Origin: Candidatus Omnitrophota bacterium
GTDB taxonomy: Bacteria; Omnitrophota; Gorgyraeia; Pluralincolimonadales; Pluralincolimonadaceae
Length of the DNA stretch: 64,000 bases
Reading direction: 5' to 3'
Assembly: GCA_030695925.1 (NCBI GenBank)
Contig: JAUYOH010000109.1
Location: forward strand, 32,566 to 96,565
Positions 1 through 8,849 of the stretch are shown one piece after another. Under the pieces are notes generated by a model that saw only the letters and a list, made by a program, of their open reading frames with translations, was not told the DNA's origin and did not search any database. The position numbers were made by a program, and so were the translations under genes. Every line of letters begins with the position of its first letter. The stretch's first letter is position 1.

Positions 1-19
1 AATTAACATCATTGGCGAA

Positions 20-48
20 ACTATAACATAGCAAATAAGATTTGTCAA
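20..48 (-). promoter_or_regulatory. Sigma-70-type promoter firing leftward out of the window
   Basis: The minus strand reads TTGACA (48..43), a 17-nt spacer, then the extended -10 TGtTATAGT (hexamer 25..20). It begins 8 nt after the PHP-gene stop. It shares the CTTGACAAATC context with the promoters at 15818 and 24470. Confidence 0.6.
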
Positions 49-55
49 GAGAAAT

Positions 56-697
56 TTAAAATTTTTTTAGCAATTGTGAAGAATTTTTAAAGACCGCGTG
101 CGCCTGTGCCTCCGTAAGCCCGCTTCCCAGTATGATTGACATGGCGGTATCGCGTGTGATCAGATCCTTGGGGCCGTGGGCATCCGTATTTAAGATAAGT
201 TTTGCCTTTGCCTCGCGTGCCACCCGCGCGACATGGCCGTTAGTGAGAGAATGTCCTGTCTTCGCGGTCAGTTCAAGGCATATCTCCCGCCTTACCGCGA
301 CCTTCGCGTCCCTTAATGTAATCAATCCCGGATGGGCGAGTATATCTATATCGCATTCAAGCGCGCAGGCGTTTGTGCCGGGGATGACGGGCTCTACTAT
401 TGTCTCACCGTGGACTATCACTAATTTTATCCCGTTAGCCCTCGCGTATTTTATCAGGGACGGGAAATCCTTTGGCGGGACGTGCGTAAGCTCGATACCC
501 GGTACGACCTTTATCTTTGATGAGGTAAGAATCCGCGAGGCTTTTACTATTCGCGGGACGATAAAGTCGATGTTAGATATATCGGCGTGGTCGGCGATGC
601 CTATCGCTTTATAGCCGATAGCATATGCCCTTCTGACCAGTTCGGACGGCAGCAGTGCCCCGTCGCTTAATAATGAATGAGTATGTAAGTCTATCAT
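56..697 (-). CDS. PHP-domain metal-dependent phosphoesterase (histidinol-phosphatase-like family)
   Basis: The motifs MIDLHTHSLLSDG, IADHADIS and NTDAHGP are typical of PHP domains. I moved the start from 817 to the internal ATG at 697. The first 40 codons of the tracked ORF run through two hairpins, and its ATG (815..817) overlaps the CCA end of tRNA-Arg. Confidence 0.8.
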   Translation of the reverse strand: MIDLHTHSLLSDGALLPSELVRRAYAIGYKAIGIADHADISNIDFIVPRIVKASRILTSSKIKVVPGIELTHVPPKDFPSLIKYARANGIKLVIVHGETIVEPVIPGTNACALECDIDILAHPGLITLRDAKVAVRREICLELTAKTGHSLTNGHVARVAREAKAKLILNTDAHGPKDLITRDTAMSIILGSGLTEAQAHAVFKNSSQLLKKF

Positions 698-729
698 AAG
701 GTTCTCGTTATTAAAGCGTAAAGTACTCT

Positions 730-813
730 CCCCATCTGATTTGTTTCGGTCTCTATTGTAGACCAGAAACAAATCAATGCGATGGGGATGGTTTGGCTGC
801 GTAGCAGCCAAAC
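730..813 (-). other. Two consecutive stem-loops in the spacer between tRNA-Arg and the PHP gene
   Basis: Hairpin A spans 730..787. It has 22 paired positions (730-751 with 761-787), a 9-nt loop, a 1-nt bulge and a 4-nt bulge. Hairpin B spans 791..813, with a perfect 10-bp stem gtttggctgc/gcagccaaac and a 3-nt loop, starting 4 nt after the tRNA 3' end. Neither is followed by a U-run. Confidence 0.6.
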
Positions 814-816
814 TCA

Positions 817-893
817 TGGTGGGCCTGAGAGGACTCGAACCTCCCGCACGCGGTTTAGGAAACCGCTGCTCTATCCTGATGAGCTACAGGCCC
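817..893 (-). tRNA. tRNA-Arg (anticodon CCT)
   Basis: The reverse complement folds as a cloverleaf: acceptor GGGCCTG/CAGGCCC, D arm GCTC..GAGC, anticodon arm GCGGT-TTCCTAA-ACCGC, T arm GGAGG-TTCGAGT-CCTCT. The CCA end is encoded. Confidence 0.93.
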
Positions 894-897
894 AATT

Positions 898-1431
898 TTA
901 AAACTTTATCAAAGAGAATATCTTGCGGCCTTTAAGACGGTCGCGGCCTTTAAGAAAACCCAATTCTATAAGGAAAGCGACTTCCGCCACTTCCCCTTTT
1001 GAGCGCTCTATGAGGTCGCAGACGGCGTTCATCGTTCCGCCTGTCGCCAGAAGGTCATCTACCACAAGGACCTTATCGTCTGGTTTGATAGCGTCCTTAT
1101 GCATTTCCAGCGAGTCCTTGCCGTATTCCAGTTCATATTCAACCGAGTTGGTCTCATAGGGAAGTTTCCCCTTCTTACGGACAGGGACTATTCCGGCGCC
1201 GAGTTGGTACGCCACGACACTACCCAGTATGAACCCTCTTGCCTCGATAGCTACTACCTTATCTATCTTCTTGTCCTTATACCTCTCGACGATACAGTCT
1301 ATCGCTTCCCTGAATTTTCTTCCGTCTTTCAGGAGAGTGGTTATATCCTTGAATATGATCCCCTTCTTCGGGAAATCCGGGATATCGCGGATCGAGTTTT
1401 TAAGCTCCTCTATCAATTTCTCCCTTTCCAT
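898..1431 (-). CDS. apt: Adenine phosphoribosyltransferase
   Basis: 177 aa. It has the PRPP-binding motif [13 protein letters not shown] and an Apt-type N-terminus ([15 protein letters not shown]). Confidence 0.93.
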   Translation of the reverse strand: MEREKLIEELKNSIRDIPDFPKKGIIFKDITTLLKDGRKFREAIDCIVERYKDKKIDKVVAIEARGFILGSVVAYQLGAGIVPVRKKGKLPYETNSVEYELEYGKDSLEMHKDAIKPDDKVLVVDDLLATGGTMNAVCDLIERSKGEVAEVAFLIELGFLKGRDRLKGRKIFSLIKF

Positions 1432-2240
1432 TATTTGAGCTCCTGCGTGATGATGTTCTTTCTTAATTTTCTGATGGCCGCTTTTTCTATCTGTCTGACC
1501 CTTTCCCTCGTGATCTTAAAGCGGTCAGCGACCTCTTCAAGGGTATGCGTGACATCGTCCTTCAAACCGAATCTCATATTCAATATCTCCAGCTCTCTTT
1601 TGTTCATCTTGGTAAGAAGGTCCGCGATTTTCTCCTGGCGCAGATAATTGGAGAGTTCTTCCGTCGGCGAGGCGGCCTTTGAATCCTCTATCATGTCCAT
1701 GACCGTTCCGCTGTCATCTTCGCCGACCGGCGCCTCAAGAGATGTCGGCTGCGTCATTGCCCTGTCTAACTCCTCAACTTTTTTAACCGTAATCTTCATC
1801 GATTTGGCGATCTCAGACGTCGAGGGCTTCCTGCCTAACTTCTGCGATAATTTTTCCTTTATCTTCTTCCATTTAGAGGCTAGTTCCATCATATAAACAG
1901 GGACCCTGATCGTCTTACCCTGATTGGCGACCGCGCGCAGGACATATTGTTTTATCCACCACGCGGCGTAGGTCGAGAACCTAAATCCCTTTTTAGGATT
2001 ATATTTCGTCACCGCCTTCATGAGGCCGAGGTTGCCCTCTTCGATCAAATCCAGAAGCGGCACGCCGAAATAACTGTACTTTTTCGCTATGCTCACCACA
2101 AGGCGCAGGTTTGCCTGTATCATCTTCTTCTTGGCGTTGGCGTCGCCCCTCTTGATTTTTTTCGCTAAGTCGAGTTCTTCCTCAGCCGTTAAGAGAGGTA
2201 TCCTCTCTATATCCTTAAGATACGCCTTGATCGAGTCCAT
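1431..2240 (-). CDS. RNA polymerase sigma factor, RpoD/SigA-like, lacking region 1.1
   Basis: 269 aa. The protein starts at region 1.2 ([28 protein letters not shown]). Region 2.3/2.4 reads [22 protein letters not shown], and region 4.2 reads [20 protein letters not shown]. Its genomic position mirrors sigA in the Bacillus-type arrangement. Confidence 0.85.
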   Translation of the reverse strand: MDSIKAYLKDIERIPLLTAEEELDLAKKIKRGDANAKKKMIQANLRLVVSIAKKYSYFGVPLLDLIEEGNLGLMKAVTKYNPKKGFRFSTYAAWWIKQYVLRAVANQGKTIRVPVYMMELASKWKKIKEKLSQKLGRKPSTSEIAKSMKITVKKVEELDRAMTQPTSLEAPVGEDDSGTVMDMIEDSKAASPTEELSNYLRQEKIADLLTKMNKRELEILNMRFGLKDDVTHTLEEVADRFKITRERVRQIEKAAIRKLRKNIITQELK

Positions 2241-2246
2241 ATTTGG

Positions 2247-4979
2247 CTACTTTCCTTCTTTTAATACCGCCTGCGCGGCGGCTAATCGCGCAATCGGTAC
2301 CCTGAAAGGCGAACAGCTTACGTAATTCATGCCGACGCGGTGACAAAACTCCACCGAGCGGGGATCTCCGCCGTGTTCGCCGCATATACCGACCTCAAGG
2401 TTTTTTCTGGTCTTTCTTCCGCGTTCGATACCGATCTTTATGATCTCACCTATGCCCTCTTGGTCTATCGTCTGGAAGGGGTCCTCGGGCAATATGCCTT
2501 TCTTTATATAATCCGGCAGGAATCCGCCTATATCATCGCGCGAAAAACCGAATCCCATCTGCGTCATGTCGTTGGTGCCGAACGAGAAGAATTGCGCCAC
2601 CTTCGCCAGTTTATCGGCGACGATAGAAGCCCTCGGGATCTCTATCATGGTACCGAACATATGCTTTATGCCTTTGAGATTATACTTGGCAAGCACTTCC
2701 CCGTAGGACTTCTTCGCAATCGCCAGTTGGTCCTCGAGTTCCTTTACGTCGCAGACGACCGGGATCATGATTTCGGGGTAAGGTTTCTTGCCTTCCTTTA
2801 TAAGTTCCGCCGCGGCCTCAAATATAGCCCTTATCTGCATAGCGCTTATCTCAGGGTATGTAACGCCAAGGCGTACGCCGCGGTGACCCATCATCGGATT
2901 GGATTCATGCAGGTTCTCGGCGCGTTTTGAGAGTTCATCCATAGAGATGTTCAGGTCTTTCGCCAATTCCTCGAGTTTATCCTGTTCGCGCGGAACGAAC
3001 TCATGCAGAGGCGGGTCAAGCAGTCTTATTACAACGGGATAACCGTTCATCGCCTCGAGCGTGCCCTTGATGTCTTTTTTAACATAAGGAAACAACTCGT
3101 CCACTGCCTTCACCCTCTCCTGCTCTGTCTTCGAGACTATCATCTTCCTTAATATGAATAGCGGCTCATTGGAGCCTTTTCCGTAGAACATATGCTCGGT
3201 CCTGAAGAGGCCTATGCCTTCGGCGCCGAATTGACGCGCCCTTCTTGCGTCCTCGGGAGTCTCGGCATTGGTCCTTACGCCCAGTTTCTTTATTGAATCG
3301 CAGACCTTAAGGAAACCGAAGAGCAAATCGTTTTCCTCGGAGGCATCTATCATCGGAAGTTTGCCTTCATAGACGACACCCTTGGTGCCGTTTAGGGTGA
3401 GCCAGTCGCCTTCATTGAAGGTTTTTCCGTCTGAGCGCATCTGTTTTTTATTATAATCTACATGCAGGCCGCCGCAGCCAACGATGCAGCATTTGCCCCA
3501 GCCACGCGCGACAAGCGCCGCGTGTGAAGTCATGCCGCCGCGCGCGGTCAGGATCGCCTCGGCAGCGCGCATCCCGTCGACATCCTCGGGATTTGTCTCT
3601 TCGCGGACGAGTATTACTTTCTTGCCCTGTTTATGCCACTCGACGGCATCGGCCGCTGAGAATACTATCTGGCCGCAAGCGCCGCCCGGCCCTGCAGGCA
3701 GGCCCTTCGCGACAGGCTTACTGGCCTTCTCGGCCTTAGGGTCGATGACCGGATGCAATAACTCATCCAATTGTGACGGCGTGACTCGCATTACCGCCGT
3801 CCCCTTATCTATCAATTTCTCTTTTAACATGTCCATGGCCATGCGGACCGCGGCCGGTCCGTTTCTCTTTCCGGAACGGCACTGAAGCATAAATAACCTG
3901 TCTTTCTCGATCGTGAACTCGATATCCTGCATATCATGATAATGTTTTTCAAGGCGACTGCGGAAATCGAGCAGGTCCCTGTAAAGTTTCGGCATAACCT
4001 CTTCAAGCGTTTTGAGATCTTTGTTGTGCTCGGATTTCGAGTATTTGTTTATCGGAGAGGGAGTGCGGATACCCGCGACAACATCCTCGCCCTGCGCATT
4101 TATAAGATATTCGCCGTAGAATCCGTTTTCGCCGTTTCCGGGATTACGTGTAAAGGCCACCCCCGTCGCGGAATCCTCGCCCATATTACCGAAGACCATC
4201 GTCTGGACATTCACGGCAGTACCCCACTCTTCAGGGATACCCTCGATACGGCGGTAACTTATGGCACGTTTTCCGTTCCATGACGCGAATACGGCGCCTA
4301 TTCCGCCCCACAACTGTTCCATGGGGTCATCGGGGAATTCCTTCTTTAATACTTCCTTTACCCTCGCCTTAAACTGGCTACAGAGGACTTTCAGGTCATC
4401 GGCGGTCAGGTCCGTATCATTTGAATAACCTTTCTCCTTCTTCATCCTGTCCATTAGCCTCTCAAACTGCTTGCGGATTCCCTGATCGTCGGCCGGCTCG
4501 ATACCCGCTGCCTTTTCCATGACGACGTCTGAATACATCATTATCAGGCGCCGGTAGGCGTCATACACAAAACGTGTATTGCCGCCGCTTTGCCTGACAA
4601 GGCCGGGTATTGTCTTCTCGGTAAGCCCGACGTTTAGGACTGTCTCCATCATTCCGGGCATGGACTTTCGCGCTCCGGAACGGACAGATACCAATAAAGG
4701 ATTAGCCGGGTCTCCGAACTTTCTTCCCATCAATTTCTCGACCTGCGCCAGTGCTTTTCCTACTTCGCCTTTGAGCACAGAAGGATATGTCTTCTTGTTC
4801 TGATAATAATATATGCAAACTTCGGTGGTGATGGTAAATCCGGGCGGTACAGGAAGCCTTAAGTCCTTATGACCCGCCATCTCCGCCAGGTTGGCGCCTT
4901 TGCCACCCAGCAGATTCTTCATGCTTTCGTTGCCGTCAGCCTTGCCGCCACCGAAAGAATAGACGTATTTTGTTGCCAT
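2247..4979 (-). CDS. ppdK: Pyruvate, phosphate dikinase
   Basis: 910 aa. It has the phospho-histidine loop GGMTSHAALVARGWG, the C-terminal PEP-utilising motif FFSFGTNDMTQ, and a typical N-terminus (LLGGKGANLAEM). Confidence 0.95.
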   Translation of the reverse strand: MATKYVYSFGGGKADGNESMKNLLGGKGANLAEMAGHKDLRLPVPPGFTITTEVCIYYYQNKKTYPSVLKGEVGKALAQVEKLMGRKFGDPANPLLVSVRSGARKSMPGMMETVLNVGLTEKTIPGLVRQSGGNTRFVYDAYRRLIMMYSDVVMEKAAGIEPADDQGIRKQFERLMDRMKKEKGYSNDTDLTADDLKVLCSQFKARVKEVLKKEFPDDPMEQLWGGIGAVFASWNGKRAISYRRIEGIPEEWGTAVNVQTMVFGNMGEDSATGVAFTRNPGNGENGFYGEYLINAQGEDVVAGIRTPSPINKYSKSEHNKDLKTLEEVMPKLYRDLLDFRSRLEKHYHDMQDIEFTIEKDRLFMLQCRSGKRNGPAAVRMAMDMLKEKLIDKGTAVMRVTPSQLDELLHPVIDPKAEKASKPVAKGLPAGPGGACGQIVFSAADAVEWHKQGKKVILVREETNPEDVDGMRAAEAILTARGGMTSHAALVARGWGKCCIVGCGGLHVDYNKKQMRSDGKTFNEGDWLTLNGTKGVVYEGKLPMIDASEENDLLFGFLKVCDSIKKLGVRTNAETPEDARRARQFGAEGIGLFRTEHMFYGKGSNEPLFILRKMIVSKTEQERVKAVDELFPYVKKDIKGTLEAMNGYPVVIRLLDPPLHEFVPREQDKLEELAKDLNISMDELSKRAENLHESNPMMGHRGVRLGVTYPEISAMQIRAIFEAAAELIKEGKKPYPEIMIPVVCDVKELEDQLAIAKKSYGEVLAKYNLKGIKHMFGTMIEIPRASIVADKLAKVAQFFSFGTNDMTQMGFGFSRDDIGGFLPDYIKKGILPEDPFQTIDQEGIGEIIKIGIERGRKTRKNLEVGICGEHGGDPRSVEFCHRVGMNYVSCSPFRVPIARLAAAQAVLKEGK

Positions 4980-5011
4980 TGCTTTTAAAACCCTCTCTTT
5001 CTTTATTTGCC

Positions 5012-6322
5012 CTATGCTAACTTCTCTTCTAAATAGTTTTTTAAATTATCTATGGAAACCCGTTCCTGCTGCATCGTATCTCTGTGGCGCACCGTTACCT
5101 GTTTATCTTCCAGCGATTGTACGTCCACGGTTACGCAATAAAGCGTGCCGACTTCGTCCTGCCGGCGGTAAAGCTTGCCGATGGCGCCGGTGTCATCATA
5201 TACCGTAACCACGCTCTTCTTTAAATTCCGGGCGATCTTTTTTGCCAACTCGACTATTTCCGGGCGATTCCTTAAAAGCGGCAGCACCGCCACCTTTACC
5301 GGTGCTAAATCTTTATGCAGTTTTAAGACTACTCGCAGGTCATCCTTGACCTTCTCTTCATTATAAGCATCCACCAGTAATGCCAGGACGCTCCTGTCTA
5401 CCCCGCCGGAAGGCTCAATAATATAAGGGTAAAACCTCTCTTTTGCCACATTGTCAAAATATTGCAGGTCTTTGCCGCTTGCCTGGCTATGCTGCCTTAA
5501 ATCAAAATCCGTGCGGTTGGCTATCCCCTCTAATTCGCTCCAACCAAAAGGGAAATTATATTCTATATCGGTGCAGGCCTTGGCGTAATGTGCCAGTTCA
5601 TCCTTTCCGTGCGGATGCTGGCGTAAATTATCTTTTCTGATGCCTAAGTTAAGGTACCAGTTAAAACGCGCTTCAATCCACTCCTCTAATTTTTCATCCG
5701 CTTCTTCGGGGCGGACAAAATACTCTATCTCCATCTGTTCGAACTCACGCGTGCGAAAAGTAAAGTTGCCGGGCGTGATCTCGTTGCGGAAGGCTTTGCC
5801 GATCTGCGCCAGGCCAAAAGGTAGTTTGGGATGCTTTGAGTCCAGGATATTCAGGAAATTTACAAACATCCCCTGCGCGGTCTCGGGCCGAAGATAAATT
5901 GAACTCGCCGCATCTTCCACCGCGCCCTGATGCGTTTTAAACATCAGGTTAAACGGCCGCGCCTCGGTCAGTTCGCCGCCGCATTCAGGGCATTTTTTCC
6001 TCTCTTTTATATCCGCAACCTTAAACCTTTTTTTACAGGATTTACAATCGCTCTTTAAATCAAAAAAGTTCTCTACGTGGCCGGAGGCCTCCCATACCTT
6101 AGGGTGCATGAGGATTGCCGCGTCCATCCCGAATACGTCATCCCGTTCATAGACCACGGACTTCCACCAAGAACGCTTAAGATTGTTTTTTAGCTCCACG
6201 CCATAAGGGCCGTAATCCCAGGTGTTGCTTAAGCCGCCGTAAATCTCGGATGAATGGAAGATAAAACCCCGGCGCTTGCACAATGAAACAACTTTGTCCA
6301 TCAAGTTTTCACTCATAGGCAT
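5012..6322 (-). CDS. glyQS: Glycine--tRNA ligase (dimeric alpha2 type)
   Basis: 436 aa. It carries class II motifs, including FRNEITPGNFTFRTREFEQME, and a C-terminal anticodon-binding domain. Confidence 0.93.
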   Translation of the reverse strand: MPMSENLMDKVVSLCKRRGFIFHSSEIYGGLSNTWDYGPYGVELKNNLKRSWWKSVVYERDDVFGMDAAILMHPKVWEASGHVENFFDLKSDCKSCKKRFKVADIKERKKCPECGGELTEARPFNLMFKTHQGAVEDAASSIYLRPETAQGMFVNFLNILDSKHPKLPFGLAQIGKAFRNEITPGNFTFRTREFEQMEIEYFVRPEEADEKLEEWIEARFNWYLNLGIRKDNLRQHPHGKDELAHYAKACTDIEYNFPFGWSELEGIANRTDFDLRQHSQASGKDLQYFDNVAKERFYPYIIEPSGGVDRSVLALLVDAYNEEKVKDDLRVVLKLHKDLAPVKVAVLPLLRNRPEIVELAKKIARNLKKSVVTVYDDTGAIGKLYRRQDEVGTLYCVTVDVQSLEDKQVTVRHRDTMQQERVSIDNLKNYLEEKLA

Positions 6323-6356
6323 AACCTGTTATATTTAGCATAGATTGAATAAAATA

Positions 6357-7031
6357 TCAAGCAAATCGTCTTTTCAGCTTTTGGATTTCCCTCAGGAATT
6401 TTTTCGATTTGACCGGCCTCTCCAAATGTGATTCCAATAGTTTATCTACCAATAGGCCGAGTTCCTCTTCTATCGATCTCGATATCTTGAATTTTAATAA
6501 CGCGTCCAACTTGGCATTCTGCAAATGATTCAGGGTCTGTACCGTTCCCCTCCTTACCATCTGCGTGCGGGGGTCTTCCGACGGCGCGAATCCAAGAGAC
6601 GAAAGAAGCCGCACCTCGAATATCCGTGTTATCTTATTCGCGTCTTCCCCCGCAGAGAGCAATTTAAACGACCTGTAGAGCAATTCATAGATTTCGGTAT
6701 TCTTTTCGTTCGACTCGGTCATCGCGTCGACCAGCTCGATGAGATATGTCGCGTGCGCGAGCGCGCTTAAATTCTTGCGGATCCCGAAGAACCCGTCCGT
6801 CAGGTCGCATTGGGTTATATTGTTGAACTCGCTCTTTGTCTTTTCATAGAACACGATCTTGTTCAGGCTGAATAATTCCGCGAGGCTGCCGTATTTTGAC
6901 CTTTCCGCGCGTATGCCTTTTAAGATCCCCTTTATCTTACCGAAGTCATTCGAGTAAAAAGTTGCTAGGATGCTCGTCTCTCTAAGGTCCTTACGATTTA
7001 ATACAAAGGCCTCAGTAGTCTGGATTGCCAT
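6357..7031 (-). CDS. recO: DNA repair protein RecO
   Basis: 224 aa. The N-terminal OB-fold region (EAFVLNRKDLRETS) and the position after the ybeY-dgkA block fit RecO. Confidence 0.85.
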   Translation of the reverse strand: MAIQTTEAFVLNRKDLRETSILATFYSNDFGKIKGILKGIRAERSKYGSLAELFSLNKIVFYEKTKSEFNNITQCDLTDGFFGIRKNLSALAHATYLIELVDAMTESNEKNTEIYELLYRSFKLLSAGEDANKITRIFEVRLLSSLGFAPSEDPRTQMVRRGTVQTLNHLQNAKLDALLKFKISRSIEEELGLLVDKLLESHLERPVKSKKFLREIQKLKRRFA

Positions 7032-7048
7032 TTATTTTAAGAGGCAGA

Positions 7049-7696
7049 TCACGTATGCTCATTTTTCTTTACGCTGATCCTATCAGGTAAAGGAACTATC
7101 CCTCCCGATATCACCAGTTTCAGCCCTTCCTCGATCGTCATATCCAGATTGATAAGTTCCTCCTCGGGGACCAGTATCAGGAATCCTGAAAGAGGAGTAG
7201 GTGTCGTGGGTATAAGCACGCTGACCAATTTCTCCACGGTTTTATCCTGAACCTCTTCCTTGGCTTCAGAGGTAACAAATCCGATTGAGTAGATACCTTT
7301 ACGGGGATACTGGACAAGCACTACGCGTTTGAATATCCATTTTGAATGGCCCAGGAAAGCCTTGCTCATCTCTCTCACGGCGCTGTATATCTTACCTATC
7401 ATAGGCACCTTAAAGAAGAGCTTTTCAAGATATGAAAAGAACGTCCTTAATAGTAAAACTCTTGTGCCGTAACCTATGAGTACTATTATGAGGACTATTA
7501 GTATAAAAAGCGTGCCCCTCATAAGATACTCAAGCATAACATTGCCTAATAGGTATGGTTTTAGTCTACCCGCTATCGGCTCCAGCAACAGAAGATTCGT
7601 CTTGATCACCACGAATCTTATAAGCAGGATCGTTACTACTGCCGGCAGGAGGACTATCAAACCCGTAAAAAAGTTTTTCCTTAAACGCTTAAACAT
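7049..7696 (-). CDS. DUF502-family membrane protein
   Basis: 215 aa. It has two N-terminal TM helices and the conserved stretch VLVQYPRKGIYSIGFVT...IPTTPTPLSGFL, characteristic of DUF502. Confidence 0.7.
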   Translation of the reverse strand: MFKRLRKNFFTGLIVLLPAVVTILLIRFVVIKTNLLLLEPIAGRLKPYLLGNVMLEYLMRGTLFILIVLIIVLIGYGTRVLLLRTFFSYLEKLFFKVPMIGKIYSAVREMSKAFLGHSKWIFKRVVLVQYPRKGIYSIGFVTSEAKEEVQDKTVEKLVSVLIPTTPTPLSGFLILVPEEELINLDMTIEEGLKLVISGGIVPLPDRISVKKNEHT

Positions 7697-7701
7697 ATCT
7701 C

Positions 7702-8409
7702 TTAACCTCTATATAATAACTGGAACATTAAAATTGTCACTAGTATCCCGATTGCGGAGCCCGCCACGACGTCCCAGATGGTGTGGAGCCCTTTTCTTAT
7801 CCGTGAGGCGGCCAATAACGTGGCCATTATAAATACCAGACTGATGACCATGATGTCATCGGACAGAAAAGCCGTCACCGTAAAGATAGAAAATCCGACC
7901 GCCGAATGCCCGCTTGGCATTCCTCCTCTTAAAGGCGTCCCTTTATGGAACAAAGTTTTAAGCGCTATCACGATGCCGATGATTAACGTTAAAGCGACCG
8001 CGGTAATATGCCATGGAGACTGCCGTATTTTTAGAAAGACGTCGGATATGTTGATGACCTTTACGGTCTTAAAGAATATGAGATATCCTACGATGACAGC
8101 ATAGACCGCCGTTATAAAGACACATCCCGCCGCTATATCCTTTGCCATCTTCGCCATGTGGTGAAATTCCTTGGTGAATATATCCACTGCGAGTTCTATA
8201 GAAGTGTTAAACATCTCAGCCACCAAAACGAGAGTCACCGCGCTTAAGAGAAGTATGAAATCGACTCTGTCGAGGCCCAAGATCATACCGAGGGCGATGA
8301 CTATTATACCGACAGCAAGATGGATGCGCATATTCCGCTGTGTCTTTAGCGTATGCTTCAACCCCTCTATGGCATAATTAAAAGACTCTGTAAGGCCGCG
8401 TTTTCTCAT
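7702..8409 (-). CDS. dgkA: Fusion of prokaryotic diacylglycerol/undecaprenol kinase (DgkA) and PAP2 lipid phosphatase
   Basis: The N-terminal half has DgkA motifs (FNYAIEGL, VAEMFNTSIELAVD, AKDIAAG). The C-terminal half has PAP2 motifs (PSGHSA and SRIRKGLHTIWD). The stop/start overlaps ybeY by 4 nt. Confidence 0.85.
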   Translation of the reverse strand: MRKRGLTESFNYAIEGLKHTLKTQRNMRIHLAVGIIVIALGMILGLDRVDFILLLSAVTLVLVAEMFNTSIELAVDIFTKEFHHMAKMAKDIAAGCVFITAVYAVIVGYLIFFKTVKVINISDVFLKIRQSPWHITAVALTLIIGIVIALKTLFHKGTPLRGGMPSGHSAVGFSIFTVTAFLSDDIMVISLVFIMATLLAASRIRKGLHTIWDVVAGSAIGILVTILMFQLLYRG

Positions 8410-8849
8410 AGTCGTTTAAGAAGTCCTGCCTCCATTCTCCTCATCTTCTTCCTTGCGGAAGCGGTCGTATCCTTAAGACCCAATAAGTGGAGTATGCCGT
8501 GTATTATGTATAAAGATATTTCTTTTTTTACGGTAGAATCGAAATATCCTGAGTTCTTTCTCGCCGTCTCCACCGATATCACGATATCGCCGAGTATCTC
8601 GCGGTGGATCTTATTTCCGGCACCCTCACGCATAGGAAACGCCAGGCAATCCGTCGGCCTGTCTATCCCCCGGTACTTAAGATTCATCTTCCGCATCTTC
8701 GCGTCATTCACGAAAAATATACAGACCTTGGCGTTCTTCTCTTTCAGTATGGATAATATCTTCTCCGCCAGCCGCTCTATCTTTGCTTTTGATAGTGGTA
8801 ATCTTATTTTTTCGCTTATTACGGATACGCGGCCGCCATTAATGGCCAT
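8406..8849 (-). CDS. ybeY: rRNA maturation endoribonuclease YbeY
   Basis: 147 aa with the zinc motif HGILHLLGLKD. Confidence 0.9.
   Translation of the reverse strand: MAINGGRVSVISEKIRLPLSKAKIERLAEKILSILKEKNAKVCIFFVNDAKMRKMNLKYRGIDRPTDCLAFPMREGAGNKIHREILGDIVISVETARKNSGYFDSTVKKEISLYIIHGILHLLGLKDTTASARKKMRRMEAGLLKRL

Noticed and set aside
817-893. The tRNA genes (817-893 and 43679-43755) as integration hot-spots flanking a genomic island.
   Set aside because: There is no integrase, no direct-repeat copy of a tRNA 3' end and no phage or plasmid genes nearby. The flanking genes are core metabolism on both sides.
6323-6360. Possible promoter TTGATA-17-TAAATA overlapping the recO stop. It would make glyQS nearly leaderless, since the ATG lies 9 nt after the -10.
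   Set aside because: The -10 matches the consensus at only 3 of 6 positions and lacks the final T. Alternative hexamers give bad spacing. The AT-rich spacer makes chance matches likely, so I did not list it as a feature.
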